DNA of 38,910 nt from Raillietiella orientalis (Eukaryota), in contig JAYWIR010000182.1 of the NCBI GenBank assembly GCA_036172245.1, positions 1-38,910 of the forward strand. The letters are read 5' to 3'. Below are positions 9,786 to 20,228 of the stretch, piece after piece; positions within the stretch are counted from its first letter, which is position 1, and every line of letters starts with the position of its first letter. The position numbers and the translations under genes are program-made. The notes under the pieces are model-generated. The model had not been told where the DNA came from and searched no databases. It saw nothing but the letters and a program-made list of their open reading frames with translations.

Positions 9786-11542
9786 ATGGCAGCGATGCCT
9801 GAGGACTCCACGATGGAGGTAGGTGTGGGGGAGGCTTGCCCACCCCCACAGCCTACAGAATCAGGGGCGTTTGCCCCGGAATCGCCCTCGCCGCTCAAGG
9901 AGAGGAGCTGGAGCGCCATGGTGCCCGCGCCGGGCGCGGAAACCATGGCCGAGATGGCGGCCTACCGGGCAGCTGGGTACAAGCCCAGCTTGGTTTACCA
10001 GGTAGGCAATCTCTTTGACGGGCGAACTGCACGCGCTTTTTTGAAAGCGCTGCAGAACGCCAAAGTGTTGAAAAAGGACCTTCACGGTCTATCCGTGCTC
10101 AGCGGGGGTCAGCGCGTCGAGGTTGTCTGCAAGGACATCACCTTGGCGCAAAGCTTGATTAAAACCCCGCTGAACGTGGACGGACGCAAGATTCTACCAG
10201 TCACCATGGACCGCTCCGTAGTGGTCCATCTGACAGGGATCACCAGCCGCATGACGCGGTCTGCGGTTGGTGATCAGTTAAGAAAGTATGGGGATGTTCA
10301 CGCGCTATGGCCAAAGGCCACAATCTTCGATGGCTACGATAGCCTTTTTGGAGAGCAGGCCCCCGCGCGCGTGACGGTGAAGGAGAGTAAGCTTCCCCAC
10401 AAACTAGAAGTCAATGGCGAAGCCGTAGACCTCTGGTACGTGGGGAAACCCCGCTTTTGTGGCTACTGCAATGCAGTAGGACACTTGCGCAAGTTGTGCC
10501 CGAACATTGTGTGCCACTTATGCGGGGAGAAGGGCCACGTACGCCGCGTATGCCCTAAACGCCCCACTCCGGTGCCGCCTGCTGCAAAAAAAGCACAGGC
10601 AAAACGCGGTAAACTGGTCGAAAGACCAAAAAGAGATACTGGCCGGCAGCAGCCGCTAGCCCCTGTTCCTCCCACACAGGCGTCGGAAGAAAAACCCTCC
10701 GAAGACGCGGGAGACCAAGACGGCTGGCAGCTGGTCAAGGTCAGGAAGGAGAAAAAGGTGCCCCCGCGGAACCCGCGAAAGCGGTAAAAAAGACAGCCGG
10801 CAAGGCGAAAAAACCTGGGCCGCGCTCTAAGACCATGCGGGAGTGTACGGTAGCACTGGAGCGCATAGCTGTTCCCGAGATTGCCACCCGGGGCGACGAG
10901 CCTTCCCTCGCCGTTTCCGCCGCGCCCGAGGTTCGCGACGGCGAACCCTCTGTTTACACAGAGGGTCAGCCGCGCGAAATAGCGACGGTCGAAGCCGAGG
11001 ACGCCGCGTTCACTCAGGCGGCGGAGGAACTCGCGGCCACGCTGGCCGATCGTGGGAACCCCTCGCGCAAGGCCGTGCGAAGGCCGGCTCTTGCGAAAAA
11101 GGCCCCCACAGGTGAGTCCGAACTGGGGGCCGGAAGTGCATCCTCCTCCTCAAAGGCACCCCCCAGGAAGTCGGAACGCATGTCCCAGAAACCCAGGGGG
11201 CGCCTCCCCTCCACCAGCGAGGAGGAGAAGCAGGAAGCTAGCGGTAGCGTGTGAATCCCGGAGGGAGAACTCCCACGCTCGGAAGCCGTCGAGCCGGCCA
11301 TTCCCATGGAGGAGGGTGAGCAGGGGGGCGAAGTCCTCCCTGCAGTCACCGAGCCTGAAAGGCACGCCCCCATGGAGGAGGGCCAACAGGTAGGCGCGAC
11401 CCCACCTGAGGGTGACCCGTTCGACGCGCCGTTACCCATGGAGGAGGGGGAAAAGATGCACGCAGCGCCTGACCCTCCTCCTCCACCTAGCGTGCCGCCC
11501 CAACAGGTGGCGGACGCCGCATCGCCATCTTCCCAGGAATAA
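9786..11542 (+). pseudogene. Copy E ORF1 (zinc-knuckle protein), one frameshift and one stop
   Basis: ORFs 9753-10787 (CGYCNAVGHLRKLC, CHLCGEKGHVRRVC), 10835-11254 (frameshift near 10770-10790) and 11306-11542 (in frame after TGA at 11252-11254). Confidence 0.88.
11304..11460 (+). repeat. 66-nt (22-aa) PMEEG repeat, three units, in the ORF1 tail
   Basis: cccATGGAGGAGGG with ATG at 11306, 11372 and 11438. Degenerate homologues lie near 24565-24710 and 35080-35160. Confidence 0.85.
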
Positions 11543-14500
11543 CACCTGGGCTCGCCAGTCGCCGTCGGATTCGCGCCGCCTGTTGCAACGTCAACGGGCT
11601 GCGCGACGACGGTAACAGGCGAAATACGGCCGACACCCTGCGTGAGCTCGACCTGGCCCTGCTGCAGGAGATCCACGTGATCACCGCAGCAGACGCCCGG
11701 GAGATCGAGACGATCGCGGGGGGTCGGTTGTATTGGCGGTGCGGCCTCCGCAACACTTGCGGTGTCGCGTTCTTCGTGAAGCCGGCCATCGACGCTCCCG
11801 TGAAGGGCGTGCGCTTCGATGACGTCGGTCGGGTCGGTCAGCTGATTCTCAGCTGGTCCGTCTCGATCGAATTGATCGTCACGAATGTGTACGCCCCCAG
11901 CGGTAAACAGGGATACAGCGATTGTACCAGGCTGATGGAATCCCTGAAGCGCGACTGGCTGGCGGACACGAACGTGCGGAAGGCTCACCTGATAGCGGGA
12001 GATTTCAATCTCCGTCTGCTAACAGGTGAGCCAGAAACACAAGAGAACGCGATGAACGAGTTGTGCGCCGCCATGCGTGCGCGCAACTTGTTCGCGGGTG
12101 AGAGGGGAATGGTCCGCAGCATCGACCACGTCTTCCTCGACGCTGACCTGTGTTCACGGGTCGGCAAACGGGGTAGGGTTGCGTCGACGTTTTCGGACCA
12201 TTCCCGGTTAATTTTCGAGATGCGGCCTCGCGACAAGGGACCGCCATCCAGGGATTGGCGTCTGCCAGGGGACTGGACGCGACTCTTAGGTGCGGAAGAA
12301 CACCTTCGCGAATACCTTAGAGGCGTCACGCTCCGGAATCTCCAGGACTAGGACCTTTTTAAGGAATCGCTCCGCGAGTTCTGTGAGCAGTTCCCCCTGG
12401 ATCGCCTGTTCCTTGGATTCCGCGTGGGTGTTTGCAACCATCGGGCCTATTTACAGGCTCGTAGGTACGAGAGAACCCCTAATGTCCGTCGCCTGGCCGA
12501 GTACCGCGCCGGGGCCGAACGCCAAGCCTGGCAATCCGGGTCGGCCAGCTTGCTGGACGACCAGGGCCAGGAATGTTCGTCCCCGGCGTCATTACGGCAT
12601 CTTGTGCGGAGTTTTTATTCCTCCCTTTACGCCAGGGAGCCCCCGGATCGAAACGCCTGTCTGCCCTTGCTTCCGGATGGCGCCCTGTCAATAGGGGAGG
12701 AGGAGATGGGAAGCCTCGACGAGTTTTTCACCACCGGCGAAATTCTCGCCGGTTTCAAAAGGCTCAAGAGGCGTAAAGCTCTAGGGGAAGACGGCTTGCC
12801 CGCGGAGTTCTTTCAGAGCTTCGCGGAAGAGCTGGCACCCCTGCTGCTTATGTTGATCAGGCTGATCCGAGACGAAGGCAATGTTCCCGCCTCGTTTCGG
12901 TCAGCCAGAGTGAGGCTCCTTCCGAAAGGGGGAGACCTCAGGGATTTAAAGAACTGGCGTCCGATCACGATCGTGAATACGGACGCCAAGTTGATAGCAG
13001 GGCTATGGGCTTCGCGTCTGGGGCAGGTGGCAGAATCCGTAATTAGCCCGGAGCAGACTTATGCTGTTCCCGGGCGAAGTATGGATGCCAACCTCTTCTT
13101 CGCAAGCACATGGGTGCACCTGCAGAGAAGAGAAAAGAAAGGGATAGGGGAAGTCGGCAACCCCACATTGGGGACGCCAGCCGGGCTGGGAAGGGACCCC
13201 CGGGGGGGGAAGGGGGCCCTAGCGCTCGCAGTCGATCTCCACAAGGCGTTCGACTGTGTAGACCAGGAACTCCTCTTGGAGCTCGCGGGTCGCATGGGCT
13301 TTCCACCCTCCTTGATTGCCTACCTGCGCTTTTGCTGGCGGAATGCGATGATTACCGTCTCTTTCAGCGGTCACAAGGTGCATGGCGTGCCGGTGCGGCG
13401 GGGCATAAGGCAGGGAGATAGCCTCAGCCCCCTGCTCTTCAGCACCTACTTTGAGTTGGTGCTGAGAGCGTACAGGGTGACTCTGGCCCCTTTCCCGAGC
13501 TCGTGCCCCGGCACGCCCACCGTTGCAGCGTACGCCAACGATCTTCTGCTCTTCTTGCCAATGTCCACCCCGGCAAAGGCGGTCGGAGACTTCTTCGATC
13601 TGCTCAGCCGCGAGACCGGACTGCAGGTTAACAGGGCGAAGTCGTCGGTTGTGCCAATAGGTGCGGCGTGAGCAGGGCAGCAGGACTGGGTCCGTCTGGG
13701 GATCCCCACGGCGAGGTGCTTCAAGTACCTTGGTGTGCCGTTGGCGGACTACTCCCCTGCGGAAGCGTGGTCCAGCTGCCTCCAAAAAGTCGAGACGGCG
13801 ATCCGCTCATTCCTGGGAGGCAATTTTCACTTGCCGGAACGTGCCGCGGTTTGGAACGCCTTCGCGGCCCCCATCCTCCGGCCGTTGCTTTTTGTTTTTC
13901 CCTCCACCGTGGAATCCAAGAAGAGGACGAAGGACCTCCTCCGTATCGCCCTTTTGGGCAAGGGGAGGCCCCGATTCCCACTGAAGGACTTGTGCGCTCT
14001 GCGTCGGGACGGCGGTCTTGGCCTCCTGACGTTGGAGCGCGTGGAGAAGCAGCTGCGGTGGCGAACCCTCGCCATCGCTGCGAAGATGTGGTGCACCCCT
14101 TGGTGCACTCCAGCCCGCCTCCTGGCCAGCCGTGTGTCCCGGTGCGATGGACTCGCGTCTTTTCTTCTCAGCCGTGGCGGGAAGATGCGAAGATGCGGCC
14201 TACTGCTCGGGAGCATGGCAACGTTGGCCAAGGAGAACAGCTGGATGGTTTGCTGCCCCGCCAACTCCCCCGCCTGTCTGGAGGAGAATATTGGAACGTG
14301 GGCAGTAGTTAACCAGAGACGCCACGAGACGTGGAATCGTCTCCGATGCAGCTTCTACGCTTGCTGCACGCTGTGGAATCTCCTGAAGAGTCCAGCAAGA
14401 TGCAGGTGGGCAGATACGACCTGCCTAGCTACGGCGCTGCCCTTCCTAAGGAGGGCACTTCACAGCACCCGGACGCCAAGGTGGCAAGTCTCCTGCGGCA

Positions 14501-15127
14501 TCGAGGGACGCGAGAAGTTGATCAGCGGCTGGACAACAGGAGAACTGGCCGACGCCACGACTTCGAGCGTCCAGCCGCGAGGATTAGCAAGATGGGGCGA
14601 GCTGCTGTCCATCCCCAGGGATGAGCTGAAGTGGCCCCCGGTGATGAAAGAATCCAGGATCCTGCCCCTTGAGTGGAAGAGTCGGCGTTGCTCCGGTTGC
14701 AGTGAAGTCTTCCCTGTAACGCGCGCCTCTTCCACTAGACGAGGGGAGCTGTGGATCCTGCGTGTGCCAGGTGAGGCTAGAGGGAGTCGCTTGCCCACCT
14801 TATTGGGGATTGTGCTGCCCTCCTACTTCTTTGGGAACGGTTCGGGACGAAGCTCGGGCTCCCTACGGGCAGCACCCCCAGAGACGTTCTTCGACTCCTG
14901 TTCGTGAAATACGCACTGCAGCCATCGCAGTCTTGTGCTGCGTCCGTTGCATCGTGGCGGCATGGAGCGACGCCAACAACGAAGGAGTGAATGCAAAGGC
15001 GAGAGATGTCATCCCGTATGCCCAACGCTTCTCGCGGAGAGCTGCCGGATGGCGTTAAATGGAGAATATGCAGACAGACCTCGAGGGCTTCGTTCGACGG
15101 ATGGGCCCTCTCCACAGCGAACAGTGA
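11542..15127 (+). pseudogene. Copy E ORF2 (APE-RT-CCHC, about 1190 codons), disrupted
   Basis: The start ATG is degraded to ACA. Motifs CNVNG, LLQE, NVYAP, GDFN, IDH, SDH, KALGEDGLPAEFF, NWRPIT, KAFDCVD, GIRQGDSLSPLLF, YAND (13531-13542) and KYLGVP. In-frame stops at 12349-12351 and 13669-13671, frameshift near 14678. Confidence 0.93.
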
Positions 15128-15301
15128 TCCCTTCCCTGCCCTCCAACTTCTTTTTGTTTCTTTCTTTTTATTTTGCTTTTTGTCTTATCCCCATCCCCCT
15201 TCGCTGTCGGAGAGTGCCACGCCGGGCTGCGTCCCGGTGTCCCGACAGGTCCTGTGTTTACGGCCGTGATGGGGACTCGTACCACGAATGAAGAGTTTAC
15301 A

Positions 15302-15326
15302 AATAAACGCCCCGGGCTTTCCCGGT
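15302..15326 (+). terminator. Element 3'-terminal AATAAA plus stem-loop
   Basis: AATAAAcgcCCCGGGctttCCCGGT. Homologues at 75-99, 6040-6065 (minus), 9650-9674, 22623-22647 and 35406-35430 (minus). Confidence 0.7.
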
Positions 15327-15332
15327 TGACGA

Positions 15333-17961
15333 CGCCGAAGCCCGACGGAAGACGTTCCAGGGGAAACTGGTAGCAAAACTCGCGGAGTGAGCACTTCATT
15401 TCTCCCCAGTTCGCGAGCGTCTCATGATGGAATCCTCGCAGGAAGGCGCGCAGATGTTCGCGCGCTCCTGCGAGTCGCAACCTGTCCCCCGGCAGGCGCC
15501 ACGCTTCAGAGGGTGGAACTCTGTCGCGCGGATGGATGTTGATCACTAGCCGAGGGTGATCGGACAGCTCCGACGCAATTGCTCCTCGATTCCCCACCCG
15601 CGTTCACAAGTGGTTATCGAGGAACACGTGGTGGATTCTGCTAGTCATCCCGGCTTCATCGGCCAACATGTTGCGTGTGTGCATAGCCGCACAGAACTCG
15701 TTGAGCAATTGTGCTCTTATGTCGGGCGCTTCCGTCAGTACGCGGACGTTGAAGTCTCCCGCTATCAGATGCGCCCGCCGCACGCCTGCTTCGGCTAGCC
15801 AGTCTCGCCGCAGGGCTTCAAAGAACGCAGTGCTTTCTGCGCGCCTGTGGCTGGGGCAGGGCGTTTACACGTTCGTGACTACGAGTTCGATCGATTCGGA
15901 CCACTTGAGTACCAGTTGTCCGATTCGACCTTCCTCGTCGAACTGTGCACTGCGCACCGCATTGGCGACGGCCGGCTTGAGCAAGGAGACCACTCCCCGG
16001 GAGTGGTCTCCTCCACCACGCCAAAGTAGCCTCCACCCTGTGAACCTCTCGATTTCCTGGACGTCCTCTGCTCTGAGGGCATGCACCTCTTGGAGAAGTG
16101 CCAAGTCGAAAGGTTGCAGGGTGTCGGCCACGCTACGCCTCTTGCTTTCGCTACGCAGCCCGTTGACATTCCAACAGGCGATACGCAGCTGCCGGCAAGA
16201 GGCGATTCCATGCATCATACTAATGATGGTGGTGGCGTGTGCATTGCCGCCTCCTGTTCGGGAGGCGGCTCGTCGTTGTCCATCTGCGGTGGTGGCGTTT
16301 CGGCAACGACCGGAACGTCTGCAGCCGGACTGAGGTCGATAGGAAGGACGGACCGGATGCTGTCGATAGAGGGATCCCGCGACCTCGCGGACATCGCCTC
16401 CTCGCTATTCGAGCGCATCTCCTCCTGCTCAGCCTGAGGGGGAGCGACGCTCATAGGGTTGCGCGACTTCCGGCCCGCCTTCCTCTTCCGAAGGGCGACG
16501 GAGGGAGGGTTTCCGGCTTCCGCCTCGAACCCTGAAGTTTCCGGGCCCTTCACTTCTGCCGGACGTCTGACGGCCTTCCTTGCAGCCTTTGGCGTCTGCA
16601 TTAAGGTGGCCGCGAGTTCCTCCGCCGCCTTCGTGAAGTTTTTCTCGTCGCTGCTGCTCGCGTGTTTGTCGCAGGATTCCTGCGGCGGTTCGGTGGCGTT
16701 CGCGACGATTGCGGGATTCGCGTTCGCCGATCGACGCTCGATCGACGGAACGCGCTCGATTGTAACGCGGCATTCCTTTATGCACTCGCGCGGCGGAATT
16801 TTTGGTTTGCCGACCGCGGGTTTCTTAGGAACGCTCGCGTTCTGATTTTTTGAGTTTTTTGTGGGGATTTTTTTTGTTTTGTTTTTAATTTGTTTGGGTT
16901 TTTTGCCGGAGACGATTTTCCAGCCTTCCTCGTCGGCATTTGGATCAGAAGCCTCCTTTTGAGGCTCCTGCTCCTTGTGCACGACTTCTTCTGAAGTCGG
17001 CTTTCCATCGCTCTTTGCTTTAAATTCTGCCTGCTTCTCCTCATTTGTCGAAGGGGCTGAAGGCGTTGTCGCGGCGTTTTTCGGGCACACAGCACTAGTG
17101 TGGCCCTTCGCGCCGCAGGTTGGGCATGTGGCATCCGGGCATCTCTTTTGAAGATGCCCGAATGTGTTGCACAGACCACAGTATTTTTCCTTCCCCACGT
17201 ACCAGAGGTCGACGAGCTCGTCGTTGACTTCAAACTTGTGGGGAAGTTCTTTGTTTTCACGGAGAGTTACGCGCGCGGCCACTCGCCCACTGAATGCGCC
17301 TCGATAAGTAAAGGCGTTGGGCTGTTACCACATCGCGTATATCTTCGCGAATTTGTTGATTTCAGTGCGGATGGCTTCATCGGTCATCCGCACCGTTGTA
17401 CCCGTGAGGTGGATCACCATAGAGTGATCCACCGTGTGTGGGAGGAGATTCCGCCCTTCGAACGGAACGGGCGTGCAGAGCAGTTTGTGTGTGAGCGCTG
17501 CATCTTTGCAGATCAGCTCCACGAACTGCCCGCCGCTCCGAATCGAGAAGCAAAGAATCTCCTCGTCAGAGATTCCCATCCTACGGATGGCGTTTCCAAA
17601 TTTCCGCGTTGTAAGCGGTGAATAAAGATTTCCTACCTTGTAAAGGAGGGCTGGGTTGTAGCCCTCCTTTATGTAGGCCTGCACTTCGGCGGCCACGTCC
17701 GGCGGAGCCGCCGCGGCCACCTTATTCCACGCCCTCGCCGGGGTGGCGGGGGCTGATTTTCTGGTGGGGCATGACCCCACCTCCATAAGTTGGGGAGACA
17801 TGGGCCTCACGTCTCCCGTCGCAGGTACTGCGGCGTCTTCAGGCATTTGTGCCTTCGAACGGCAGCACTTCCACACACGAAAACTTCCTTCTCGGTTACG
17901 CTCGCTGGAGCTCACGAAAAACGCGTGCGACCGCGGCGCAGGTTCGCCGCTCGTTAACCCG
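15333..17961 (-). mobile_element. Copy F: 5' UTR, ORF1 and complete APE with no RT, convergent with E
   Basis: ORF1 17846-16215 has one stop at 17325-17327 and knuckles CGLCNTFGHLQKRC and CPTCGAKGHTSAVC. APE 16218-15333 has WNVNG, LLQE, GDFN and SDH and ends at ERLPSGFGV, then runs antisense into the E 3' UTR. Confidence 0.92.
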
Positions 17962-19110
17962 GCGCGAAGGGTTTACGAGAGCGGACCGGGTTTTTTCGGC
18001 TTTTCGCTCTTCTTTTTTTCTGTTTTCGCGGGTTCCTGGTTGGGAACCTTTTTTTGCTTTCGGGCTTTTACTACCTGCGAGCTTTCTTCCCCTTCCACTT
18101 CATGGGAAAGCTTATCCTCCGGCTTTTCCGCCGGAGGTGAAGGTGCTGGCAGCTTCTGTCGGTCACTTTCAACTTTAGGTTTTGCGAACTTTCTCGCCTT
18201 CTTCAGCTGCGCTTATTCGGCGGCCGTTGGTACCGAAATGGGGCGCTTCGGGCACACGCGCCGAACGTGGCCCCGCTCCCCGTACATGTGGCACTGTATA
18301 TTCGGGCAAGTTTTGCGATGGTGACTCATTGTATTACAGTACCCGCAGTAGTGGTGTTTGTCCTCGAACCAGAGGTCTACCGGCTCTTGGCATACATCCA
18401 GCTTGTGAGGTAGCCTTCCACCCTCGTTCACGGTTACACGCGCGGCGGCCTGTCCCCCGAAAAGTCTATCATAGCCGTGAAAAATCGTGAATTTAGGCCA
18501 CAGGGCGTGCACCTCACCGTATTTTCTTAATTGTTCACGAACCGCAGACCGCGTCATGCGGCTGGTGATGCCAGTCAGATGGACCACTACGGAGCGGTCC
18601 ATCGTGACTGGCAGGATCTTGCGCCCGTCCACGTTCAGCGGGGTGGTGATCAGGCTTTGCGCCAAGGTGATGTCCTTACAGACAAACTCAACGCCCTGAC
18701 CCCCGCTAAGCACGGAGTGGCCGTCAAGATCCTTTTCCAGAATATTGGAGTTCTGCAGCGCATTTGTGAAGGTGCGTGCAGTTCGCCCATCAAAGAAGCA
18801 GCCTACCTGATTAACTAGGCTGAACTTGTGTTCAGCTGCCCGGTAGGCAGCCATCTCGGCCATGGCCTCCGCGCTGGGCGCGGCCACCATGGCGCTCCAG
18901 TTCCTCGCCTTGGGCGGCGAGGGCGATTCCAGGGCGGACGCCCCTGATTCTGTAGGCTGTGGGGGTGGGCAAGCCTCCCCCACTTCCACCTTCATCGTGG
19001 TGTCCTCAGGCAAGGATACCATCGGACACCAACTATGTTCCACACAAAACGCACAAAGAGAAAACGCCTTTCTTCCGACTCATTTGGGAGCGACGGAAAA
19101 ACACCTCCGT
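17962..19110 (-). mobile_element. Copy G: 5' UTR and the first two-thirds of an E-type ORF1
   Basis: ORF 18213-19043 aligns with E ORF1 (GEACPPPQPTESGA, PLNVDGRKILPVTMDRSVVVHLTGITSRMTRSAV) and has degenerate knuckles. It is truncated at about 17962, where it joins ccgggtt and the F 5' UTR. Confidence 0.9.
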
Positions 19111-20228
19111 CCCAACCGAGCTCTCGGGGTTGAGATCGCAATGCTCGCGAGCTTCCGTCGGCTCGGTAGCCTGAGGCTTCGCCACGACGCGTTTTTTCAT
19201 GTTTTTCTCCCCTTCTTTGTGGAGGAGAGAAAGAGTTTTCTGCGCATGCGCGCTCGCGATTTTCACAACGCTCTCCGAAGTTTTAAGGTTTTTCTCTCTC
19301 TATTCGCAGCGTTTATTTCGCGATGCGATACGCACTTCGTTCTTGCGCTTTTCGTTTTTTAAAAGGAGCTCCGGGCACGTTTCTTTTGTGTGCCCGGGGT
19401 CGTGGCACTAACGGCAAGCTGCCGAGGGACACTTCGTAAGGCGGTGATCCTCCTGCCCGCATTCCGCGCACACAAGCGCTTGCCCCGCAAAATACAGGCG
19501 GACGATCATTCCATCCACCTGCAGTCGCGTGGGCATTGCCTGGCGATCCGTCATCGTCACTCGCACCTGCGCGAGCCCGCTGTGGTGGTCTTCGAAACCC
19601 TCAGCAGGGTTTCGCAACCTCCAAAGCACGTGATCGGAGGCGAATTTTTCACAGGCATCCACGACCTGGCGGTCCGAAAGGCCCTTGCTCACTCCACTCA
19701 GCCGGACAACGAACGACTGATCCGTAGTTCTGGGGAGTATTTCTTGCCCACGAATGAGCAGCGGCGTGTGCAGGAAACGCTGCGTTAAAAGAGCGTCCTT
19801 AGTAAACACCTCCCAGTAGCCGCACCCACTCATGGGCATCAAGGACTCCATCTGTCCTTTTTGAACTCCAATCCGTTGGAGTTCCAGGCCAAAGTCGCAC
19901 CCAACCCGCTCAGGCATAAGCAAACTTACCTTATACCTGAGTGCAGGCGTGTAACCATTTGCTAACTACGCCTGCAGCTCAGGGCTGTTAAACGAAGGTC
20001 CCATTGTAGCCGCGAGGGCAGCGACCTGGGCGAACGTCCTCGCCGTCGGCGAGGACAGTGGCTCCTTGCTAGCAGCCAAAACCGCCATCTCAGGAGCAGC
20101 TACCGTTCCCTTCTTGAGGCTGATGTTCTTCTTTGCTTCCATTGCAGCACAGAAGCACAGCAGAACAAAAACCCAGAAGGGTCAGCCTACCGCGGTGCGA
20201 CGCAAAAACACGTCCTGACGCGACCGGC
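19111..20228 (-). mobile_element. Copy H: 5' UTR and a divergent third ORF1 type, 3'-truncated
   Basis: Frame from ATG 20142 (MEAKKNISL...RTFAQVAA...GYTPALRYKV) continues through ORF 19408-19923. Knuckles CAECGQEDHRLTKC and CR*CHDPGHTKETC; GGACGTGTTTTT at 20204-20215. Confidence 0.85.

Larger units (their letters stand above)
9676..15332 (+). mobile_element. Copy E: full-length (about 5.65 kb) L1/Tx1-like LINE, inactivated
   Basis: 5' UTR, ORF1, ORF2, T-rich 3' UTR (15148-15183), AATAAA (15302-15307) and hairpin (15311-15326) are all collinear. Confidence 0.94.

Noticed and set aside
11014..11988. 324-aa minus ORF and the many similar ORFs (27-503, 1354-1977, 3522-4115, 15668-16333, 17743-18324, 38073-38588)
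   Set aside because: These are antisense or off-frame shadows of GC-rich LINE coding sequence with no independent motifs.
12424..13671. 415-aa RT ORF as a stand-alone gene (retron, group II intron, DGR)
   Set aside because: It is a stop-bounded piece of LINE ORF2, in frame with the APE upstream and the thumb region downstream. The catalytic motif is YAND and the context is eukaryotic.
12349..14800. RIP- or APOBEC-like hypermutation suggested by TGG->TAG/TGA stops
   Set aside because: Trp codons are the commonest transition route to stops. A bias cannot be shown without a consensus-based mutation spectrum.
9676..15332. Target-site duplications flanking copy E
   Set aside because: Only the family terminal motif recurs at both ends (9659-9690 and 15311-15343), and it is imperfect. 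No unique TSD could be identified by eye.
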